A stretch of 62,164 nucleotides of DNA, counting the filler. It is 15 parts of 15 records of this genome, joined end to end, with 100 filler letters (N's around TTAATTAATTAA, not from the genome) between each part and the next. Parts side by side here need not be neighbours in the genome. Positions count along the whole stretch, not along the records: positions 2,973 to 13,577 come from SRR9670534_21; positions 13,678 to 17,464 come from SRR9670534_27; positions 17,565 to 20,297 come from SRR9670534_43; positions 20,398 to 24,099 come from SRR9670534_44; 11 more parts are not named here. One strand, given 5' to 3'. Below, piece by piece: positions 11,400-20,983 of the stretch. Both the position numbers and the translations under genes were made by a program. Each line of letters opens with the position of its first letter. Within the stretch, counting starts at the first letter, position 1. The notes under the pieces were generated by a model that worked only from the letters and a program-made list of their open reading frames with translations, was not told the DNA's origin and searched no databases.

Positions 11400-13577
11400 T
11401 CTTCCAAAAAAAAACAGTCGAACAATAAAGTTATACATAGTTGGTTAATTCTGTTGTATATTGAATTAGTAATTTTAAAACCTATGGAAGTAAAATCAAA
11501 GTTAAAATTTAGGAAACTTATTAATAGATAAAATTGAAAGAATTTTGAACAAATTGAACATTTTTATCAAAATTATCCAGGTGTCTATTGGTGTGTATGC
11601 CCTAAGTTAGTATTCAGTCATGCTGTGAGGTTTGGGGTAAATGTTTGTGTTAAGGTTAATGCCCTTACGCCTGAGGGTAAAAAAAAGAAGAAATCCACTG
11701 GGTAGAGAGGAGTAGATTAAAACACTTCTATCCCAAAAGTAAGCTGGGAAGCACCTCAATCATAAATAAAGTGCACCTGTCAACGCTGCTAATCCCTTTT
11801 GTCAAGCATATAAAACAGTAATTCGGCATTTCATTGCTATACCTTACCCTTTGCCAAATGTCATGTGAGGTCAACAACCTGAGAACCTTACGATAAGTGG
11901 TTTTCCATTATAGGTTCCATCGTAATTAATTGGCGATAATCACTGACCACTTACAATACAGATGTTTCCTGCTCAAGTTGCAGCAGGATAAAAGTTGATT
12001 ATAAAGCCTAGTCAATCAAATTTACATACACAGAAGAAGATTTTCCTTTTCTTCTTCCCTGGTGTTTTGCTACTGTACTAACAGCAGGAACAACTACTGT
12101 AACAAACTCAAAGAGAATACCTAGGTGGATTCCTCAGTTATGGATGGCTGTTGTTGCCCATTTATAATAAAGGTGAGTGTTGGTAGGTAGATACATAGGC
12201 AATAATTGTAATTATTCAGTAAATATTTTGTAACTTAGCCAAAACAAATAACTTTATATGACTTATTGCTAACATTACTGCTCACTGTGCAATTATTATT
12301 AATAATGTTACTATAGTATATTATTATTAATGAGCAAAGGTATATTAACCTCATGTACATGTCTTGAGAATATAAAAAGGCACTTCAGTGTTCCTCCTTA
12401 ATTCCTTTTCTAGTGGTTATATTTAATAATATACATTTCATGCTATACATATATACCTATGTACTGCTGATTTATGACAAACTTACCGTCCTTCTTGAAC
12501 TCAAGGGAACTTTTAACACGCCCTTTGATTGTAAAGTCAATATAAGAGCCATTTAATCAATTAGTTCAGTTGTAAAGGTAAATTACTTAATTTTGGTTGC
12601 TATTCTCTTCCTGATTAATAATAACGATAATAACATTATCAGTGGGCAAAGCAGCAGCAGTAACAGAAGCAATTTGTCTTTCCTTTTTCTATTGTTGTTG
12701 ATTGAGTCAGTGAGGGAACAAGAAAGATGTGTGTTGTTGTATGCTGCCATAGCCATCAAAAGCTGCTTGGGACTAACAGTGAAAAAGGGTAAACTAATTG
12801 TAATTTGCCCACTAATTTAATAAATTTGTTCTTTATTGTGTGTGCATGACTTTGAAGCCAAATTTAATCTTTTCCAAATGGATGATACGCGTGGGAAAAG
12901 AAGGTAGGTTATGACCAAGGCCTCACCTGGTCAGGCACCCCTGTGGTCTTGAGCACCCCTTTGACGATAATAATCAAATCGTTCCTCCCTCCTTGTACTT
13001 CATATATATCCTTATTTTCCCCTTATCCTTATGTTACTTTGCCTACTAGCTAAGCAGCTTGCCTACTAAATCAACCACATCTGTACAAATTCTTCCTGAC
13101 CCCAAGTGAACTGGTCTTTGTTGTGTAAGATCTTACCTTGCCCCATGACCCCAATTATGTCTGTACAAACAAGGCCACAAAACCCTATTCAATAAAAGTA
13201 AACCACCCCATGATCACCACCCTACTCTTTTTAATGTTCCTTACCCCTCAAGGTTTTTTCAACCATGTCGTTATCTTGTAATTAGATTTGACTGGCGTGA
13301 GAAACTTTTAGCACCAACTGGGCGATACGATGACCACCCATTCTTTTGTAAAAAGGAAGAGGACATTTCCTACTTACCTACCTACTTATTACTTATTAGC
13401 TGGGTAAGTAAGAATTATACAAGGTGCTCTAACTAAGCACTATATGGCTTAGCAGGAGATTTGTATTTGTGTGACCTGTGGCTTGCTTATTATACATTGT
13501 ACATATATGTATTATTATCATTATTATTGCCCCCACTCTTACTTATACATTATTAAAATTAATTTTCTTTATTATTA
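11400..13577. promoter_or_regulatory. Non-coding enhancer-like region with consensus Hox/Pbx, TCF, CSL and Gli sites
   Basis: TGATTTATGA 12468-12477, CCTTTGAT 12522-12529, CGTGGGAA 12890-12897 and GACCACCCA 13332-13340. No convincing ORF, and GC content is visibly higher than in ordinary introns. Confidence 0.45.
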
Positions 13578-13712
13578 NNNNNNNNNNNNNNNNNNNNNNN
13601 NNNNNNNNNNNNNNNNNNNNNTTAATTAATTAANNNNNNNNNNNNNNNNNNNNNNNNNNNNNNNNNNNNNNNNNNNNATGATTGTGCTTGCACTGTATTA
13701 TTAATGACAAAC

Positions 13713-16700
13713 CTGTATGATCAGTATTAGAGGTGGTTGCACTGCTAACATTTGGTGAAAGAAAACCAGGATTGTTGTTTGACAAAGCCAATGTGTTAGG
13801 ACATTTCCTATTTCCACTTGACGTACTTGGATTTCTAACCAAAGATGATCCTGACTGACCAACAGATCTTGGTTGGCTAGTACCAGGGCTATTATTATCA
13901 ATGCCAATTAAATCTTTTTCTTTAAATTTAACTGATTGGGTGTAAATGACCAAGTCCGACAATTCTTGTGCAACATCGGTTTTACCGTAGTACTTCTGTT
14001 GCTGGTTCTGAAGAATTTGCTGTTGTTGGTGTGGAAGATTCTTGTCCTGTGCTGATGTTCCTGGACTGCTGGATACAGGCTCAGTAATCAAAGTGGATTC
14101 ATCACCTCCACCACTATCAGTAGCAGAAGTTTGAGATTTAGTTCTATTTATAGCAGATTTTCGGAAGTCTTCCATAGCCTCTGCCTTTTGAAACTCCGTT
14201 ACTGGATCAATATGAGTACTTGGACTACAAAGTTCAACAACGTACGACTTGGAGTGACCAATATCTTCATCATATTCATCAGATAAGTCATCTTCATCAT
14301 CGTAATCGTCAAATTGCTCCAAGTTTCTGCTATTAGATATCTTTTTGGTGGACCTTTTTGAAGTGATAGCAGTGCTACTGGTTGTTCCAATATGTGGTTC
14401 AATTGGACAAAATTTTTTGTTCTTTATTAATATTCTGTACTTAAGTTGATTTGGTGATGGTAATTGAGAGTCGTCGTTTAAATCATCATCTTCTATATAG
14501 TCCCTGATTAATTTTTCTCCAAATACGGACTGAAACAAGCATATTAAATAATTCAGAACTACATTAGAATATAACAGCACTAACATATTTACCAAGAGCA
14601 TTTCTGCAATTTTGACTTGCTGATAAAGTGAGCACCTATTTTCTATGGATAGGATGACAGGAAATGGAGATGCCACAAATGCGTACCTGTCAATGGTCTC
14701 CAATACATCCTTCAGGGGAACTTTGGTAACGAGTGTGTATCCATGGTAAATGAGAGGAAGTCCATCGTCGCCATCCCAGCAATCAAGTTCCACACATCTA
14801 CAACCAGTCAGCAGTACTTCTCTATAAATATCAACTGAAGATTCGCCTTTCAATTGGTGTGCTGTCAAATACGTATTGTGAGAACTGGCAATATAGTAAT
14901 GAGAAAGGGCATAGTCCATTTCACTGGAATCGTAAATTTGATGTTCGTTAAGAAATGCAAAATTGTCTTTATCCATAAAATATTTAGCAAAGCCTTCAAA
15001 TGATAAACATAATTTGTCCCTCAACTTCGGATCTGGTTCGTGTATCTAAAAGTACAATGAAATATTTTTGCTAATTAACAATTATTAATTACGTAAAAGG
15101 AATTTATATATTATTATATAATAATAATTGCAATTATTACCAAAATAAAATCACCAATCTGTTTGTCACTGAGGTTCTCCAATTGATGTTGATGAATAAA
15201 TCTTTTAAACTCATCAAATGTAACAACCTTTGCGTTAGAAGCCTCCATACCAGCACAATTACCAATAATACTAGATACAGCAATGACATCACAAATTCGT
15301 TTGGTCTCATTATCAGTTGATTGACACCATAAGTCTTCATCGTTATTTCTTGTCAACAAACCTATAAGTTTAAAATTTAATAACATGTACTTTTTAATAA
15401 CTTAAATACCATATGGAGAAGAGATTTCTGAAGAAATTTCACCAAGAACAGGTGGTTGATAATTTCCAATGGAAGATGCAGGCACTGAAAATGTGTTGAA
15501 GATCTCTTTTATATCTCTCCTGTTTCTAACCATAAAAGACTTAAACAAATCAACAAAGTCTGTGAACTGCATAAATATGGCTGGATCTAGCTTATTACAA
15601 AGACTTCCTTTACTACTGGCTTTGGAACCCTTACGAGCAAGCCTTGTAAATGATAGAGCTTTTCTAAAAACATTTTTTGGATAATCTTCTGTTAAAATGT
15701 TGGGATCAGATCTTCTTTGCTTTGGCAAGGTGTCTGAGGTTACAGATTGAGCCTAAAAGAAAAATATCTAATAGTTCCAGTGAAACTGAATCTAACACAT
15801 AAACTGACCACTAGAGCAGTTACTGACGGTCTAGACCTAGGCCTAACAAAACCACCAAAACTTATCTGCCTTATCAGTCCAGATTTACTGCTACTCCGCC
15901 TACTGTTGGTGGGCGTGACTTTCTCAGCAGCTTGTGCATCATTCATGTATAACAGGCTAGGTGCCCATTGTCTGCCGCCAAATAACTACAAATGTTTCAT
16001 TTAGCATGACATGTTATAATACCAAGAAAAAGAACAGAAATTACGGTGACAGCTTCTGTTGCTGTAGGGCCATGACATTTTTCATCATCGAAAAATGCCT
16101 GCAAATAGACTTCTTTCAGCCATTCAAATCTTCTATCAATGGCTTCTTTATAGCGAATGGTAGCAGCGTGCAATTTTTCCAAAGCATCGCACCAAATTTC
16201 AGCAGTTTGAATTGGTATTAGAAAGTACAAACGCTTGTTTTCATGCAAAGTAGCACCATAGCTAAGAATCACCATATGCATTTTAGGCTGATCCGATTGA
16301 ACATAAAATTTACTGATAAGTTTGGTTTGATCAAAATCCTTTACAATTGTGATATCCTTTACTGTTTCCATATCAATATAACCCTCATCAATGGTTACGT
16401 AATCAGTTTTTAGAGCGTATTTTCCATAAAGACCTATTTGGCTAATTTTTTTGCTGTTCATCAAAATAGAATTTGCATTGGCACCACTATCTGGACTATT
16501 ACCATCCTTCCATGGTGGTCTTCTCCAACTTATTAGAGTGTTAGTTTGTTCTACTTTAAATAAAACCAAAGCACTTCTTCCAGTTTGGGGATCCCAATTA
16601 ATAGCTGTACAACCATGCTGAATGATTTGCTTGGTCCAAGAATTAATTTGCGTTAATTCAAGATTTAACTTTGACAAGCAAGAAAATGGCGTATTAGGAA

Positions 16701-16818
16701 AGTTTGGCATGCTGCCTGTAGTTACCAAGAGTGGTTGTGAAAAGTCAGTAGTAATAAGTGTAATCTGTTCGGTTGAATCAAACAAGTAAACAGATTCATT
16801 TTGTGCAAACTTCAGCAT
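13713..16818 (-). CDS. PLCE1: Phospholipase C epsilon, partial (PH, EF-hand, X domain, start of Y domain); exons about 16818/16843-16045, 15985-15809, 15752-15410, 15361-15141, 15045-14593, 14529-13713
   Basis: X domain MDYALSHYYIASSHNTYLTAHQLKGESSV and GCRCVELDCWDG. Y-domain start ELSDLVIYTQSVKF. PLC-epsilon-type PH region (HGCTAINWDPQTGRS, GYIDM) and IHEPDPKLR. The 3' end is cut by the contig end. Confidence 0.9.
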
Positions 16819-17564
16819 GTTAATCGTACTTTGTCTTGTTATCCTAGCAGAAAATTTACATTTCATATTATATCAGTATTATTATTGCCAATAATTTATT
16901 GTTACTGTTATTACAGCACAGAACTTACAATTAGAATTCGTAGGTAAAGGTGAAATGTACCATTCGCAGTGTTATGGTTAAAATATGGTAGAAAATATTC
17001 CTACTTTTCAGTAGGAATAACAATTTAAAATTCTCAATTATGGCGATATCTCTTAGCACTGATATTAAAAATTTGGAGATGAATGCCATGAAGTTACTTT
17101 TTCTATGTACTTCCATAGTAACCCTGTCGTGCGGGCTAGGGTAACAAACTTCCCAATCTCCCTAATATCAGTGTTAATTGGGAAGTAAATAGAAGTTACT
17201 TTTTTATTGTTGCACACAATGTTTGGTCTAGGATTGCTGACTGTTGGGAAATATGATCCTCTATTATATTGTTTATTTTCACCCGCAAAAGATGTCGCCA
17301 CATTGGTGACTAACAGTACGTATAGTAACTATACTATAGTTTATTATTAATATCATATGCAAAAAAAAACCATGAAATTTGCTTGTGTGGTTGCAGAGCT
17401 AAGTTAATTTACAATAGCTCCACCCAAAGCTAGTGCGAGTAGCGGTAACAACTATTTTTAGCTCNNNNNNNNNNNNNNNNNNNNNNNNNNNNNNNNNNNN
17501 NNNNNNNNTTAATTAATTAANNNNNNNNNNNNNNNNNNNNNNNNNNNNNNNNNNNNNNNNNNNN

Positions 17565-20297
17565 TCTTCAGAAGCAGATACAATCATGTTAGATATATCA
17601 CCAGCTAAATATTGTAGCTTTAAGTCATGGTACTTTACAGGGTTCAAGAATAAAGGATTTCCTCTTTTTAAGCCAATGTCATGTTCACCAAATTTGTCCA
17701 AATATGGAGCGGGAGTTATGCAACCTCTTCCATTTCCATCAATCAGATAAATTTGACAAGAATCAATTCTGCAAAGAAAGATTTCATTATTTCGTTTGTT
17801 TAAAAGGAAGAAAAAACGCTACTGAACTGGCCTTATTGCTGACTTAAACGCAATGTTTCGAACAATAAGGCCTTCTTCAGGTTAGCTATAGTAACGCCCA
17901 CACTGTGGGCCCCAAAGGCCTAGGGACATGGGTATTTGCCTTAATTTAATTTATTAAAAATTAGTAGGCGACACCTACATTTCAATGGTTTATCAATTAA
18001 AAAATAGATGCCGGCAACCTATTTCTAAGTGCGACATCTAGAGTGTTTTAAGATTTTTCACAGCCTGTGGGAGCTACTGGTTGTGAACACATACCTAAGA
18101 AAAATACCAATTCCAATTCCACAGAACTCCAGATGGTGTCTGCAAGGGCCAACCTTAGTTTTATTGTCAGATAAGGTTTTTCGACAGCAATGGCCAGTTA
18201 AACACATTAACCGTCCGCAAAACAAACATAAGGCTACCTGCTTGTTTGGAGAACTTACAACTTGTTGAACATTTTCACATTCATAATGGAATTGACAAGC
18301 CAAAAGCTCAACATAATTAGTTGGCAGACTAATCAAAAAATTCTCCACAAAATCTGAAGATACTTTGTGACCTTTGCGAAAGTAATGCATGGAGTTATGT
18401 AGAGATCCAACAAAAGCCATGTGCTTCGAAAGTCTAAATATTAAACGTGCACATTAAGTTTTGAAAAGTTAAAAATTCAGTTTTAAAGTTTAATAACAAT
18501 AAAAATTTAAAAGTTGCAAGCAACTCCAAAATCGACTACTAATAATTTAAAGAAAGGATAATACTAAGATAATACTAAGATTTAGCTGAATTTGCCAAAT
18601 CCAAATTCAATTTGGGCATTTAAAATTCTTACTTTTCCAAAGCATCAGAAACTGCAGGCATTCTGGAAGTATCCAAGATGTCGTCAAATTTGCTTGAGAT
18701 TGATAGAAACATACAGATATTTGCAAATTCGTCTTCTAAAAATTTGCTTAGATTTCAATAAATTAAGGTACTATTATTACTCATAACTCACCTCTCAATA
18801 GGCTATTGTTAATAATGATTGAAAATGGCATTTCAGTCAAGCTATGGTAAAGTAATGCAACACATCTTAGAAATTGCAAGCAGTGGTTTTTTAGATATAC
18901 ATTTAAACCAGTATTTCCGTCTTTTGCCATAAAATTGAAATTTGAACTTACAAAAATGCTAAAAATTAACTTTATACAACCTAAGTTAAGCATTGCTAAT
19001 AGTGGCATTATAACAAATAGGTAGCGCCACCTATTTCTTATTGTAACAAGTGAGTATCATATATGGAGGGCAGAACTACATGGAAGTAAGCAGATTTCTA
19101 TAGTAAGTTGTTATACTATAAAATCTGGACTGGTACATAGCAGCTATTAGAGATCAGATGTGGCGTCATCTGTTAAAGAAAGCTCTTTGCTAAAATGCAT
19201 GAAGACTTACTTTGCATTCTTTAAGTAATGTTGAATTTTCTCACGAAAAAAATCTTTTTCCCATTTAGTAACAATACTAACTTTAGACCAATCAGTTAAC
19301 AGCAACAACTGCAAGAGGAAGATCTTGTACATATACTGCACCAAATTGTCCAATGACTGCTTGTTAATAAATGCTATATGTAGTGAAGGCAACGAAAAGG
19401 CCAAAGAAGCAAATGCATGGAAAACGTCAAATCCACCCAAAGAAATCACTTCTTGAGGTGTATTTTCGCAATTTAAAATAGCCATCAAGATTCCCAAGCA
19501 ATTTTTACGAATTATTGTTCTGTCATAGTTGGCAGTGAAAACAAAAGCAGCTCTGACAAAATATTTCATGAATTCAAGAACTCTGCTATTTGCTTCAGCT
19601 ATAGGTAAATTTTTCAAAGTCAAGACATTTTCTAGAATCTGAATTGAGTAAGCACAACTCTGCCAAATGGTACTGACCAATTTGTTGTCAGTATCATTTG
19701 GGTCAACATTTAGACCCAAAGAATAGATAGAAGTACCAAAATCATTCATGCGATCGTTAATGCTTTGTGAAAATCTAACAAATCTAAAAAATGGTATTAT
19801 AAATTAAGTTTGGCATATTTGACATACTCTGAATAATAAACATTTTGAAACTGTGTTTGAAAATTTCTGGCATCAACATTGCCTGCCATAAAATTGCTCG
19901 CAGATACCAAAGAAGATGGTTTGATAAATTTATCTATATGTTCCGTAATCAAACAACTTTCCCCCCATACTTTGGGGATAGATGAACAAATTTCAGTGTT
20001 AAATTGTTCATCCAAACTAGAAAGAGCCTCAACTTGTCCTACAAGAGTAAGTAGTAAAAATAAAAAAAAATAACTTACTTCTACTACACTTACCTGTAGG
20101 GCTTAATTTGTCTTCTGATGTTTCAGTTTTCATAGGTTCGTCAGAAATTTGTGAAATTAGACTATTCTGAACTGCCATGGATAGGCCATATATCCAATCA
20201 TTTAATGGTAGTTGATAAGATGGTTCTTGTCTAATAAGAACTTTGTATTTATTATTATTAATAATATTAACACTGAACAACAAAATTTTAGCAATCT
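17565..20297 (-). CDS. N-recognin E3 ubiquitin ligase UBR1/UBR2, C-terminal part (partial at both ends, multi-exon)
   Basis: LISLPTNY, ALCLFCGRLMC...CC, GPCRHHLEFCGIGIGIFLR and APYLDKFGEHDIGLKRGNPLFL are UBR1/2 C-terminal hallmarks. Introns include 17769-18094, 18434-18632, 18736-18791 and 18959-19210. Confidence 0.9.
17811..17897 (-). ncRNA. Candidate structured intronic RNA of unknown class
   Basis: Terminal stem CGTTA/TAGCG, CTGAA/TTCAG stem, 12-bp stem GGCCTTATTGTT/AGCAATAAGGCC, B-box-like GTTCGAAAC and a T6 3' end. Confidence 0.3.
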
Positions 20298-20983
20298 NNN
20301 NNNNNNNNNNNNNNNNNNNNNNNNNNNNNNNNNNNNNNNNNTTAATTAATTAANNNNNNNNNNNNNNNNNNNNNNNNNNNNNNNNNNNNNNNNNNNNAAT
20401 ACATTTCTTATCAATATAATTTTTTTAGAAAATTAGAACACACTACTTGTTGATTTTGTTGAATCTTGTACTGTTATAAAAATAAACAGATATATTCTGG
20501 ATGTGATGATATAGCCTATATATAGCTAAATCTTTGTATTTCTATATCATGAATAATTAGTATTAGATAAGGCAATGCATTACCTTATATAATGAATACT
20601 ATAGTATTCATAGTTATAATTATTCAACATTTTATTAAACATAATTATAATATGATAATTGAAATAATATCTAATATGAACATTCATTATTATTAATTTT
20701 TATACTGATTCTCTTTGCAAAAGTCAATGCCATATGCCAATTTCGCGTATATTCATACACATGTTTATTTTCATAGTCTTCAATATTTATTATTGTCATC
20801 CATTTCATTCCTACCATCCAATTCATTTTCACCAATGTTCTTATTGGTCTAATTATTATAATTATTATACTATAGTGTTAACTATTATGTAATATTATTA
20901 TTAAGAATTAATACCATATTCACATATTGTCACAAACATATATTTTATATCTATAGGTTCATTATTATTGAATAATAGCAACC

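Noticed and set aside
12487-12552. Possible antisense first exon MALILTLQSKGVLKVPLSSRRT ending at a GTAAGT donor
   Set aside because: No homology or downstream exon could be identified, so it may be chance.
3830-13577. Known microRNAs in the RCC1 introns (partial matches to miR-31, miR-133, miR-281)
   Set aside because: Only 10-11-nt matches with no supporting precursor hairpin.
14530-14592. Apparent hydrophobic insertion in the PLC X domain
   Set aside because: It is a 63-nt GT-AG intron that happens to be in frame and stop-free.
17896-17924. Helitron 3' end (GC hairpin followed by CTAG) or HDV/twister ribozyme
   Set aside because: CTAG is followed by G rather than T and no 5' end was found. 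The required pseudoknot pairings are missing.
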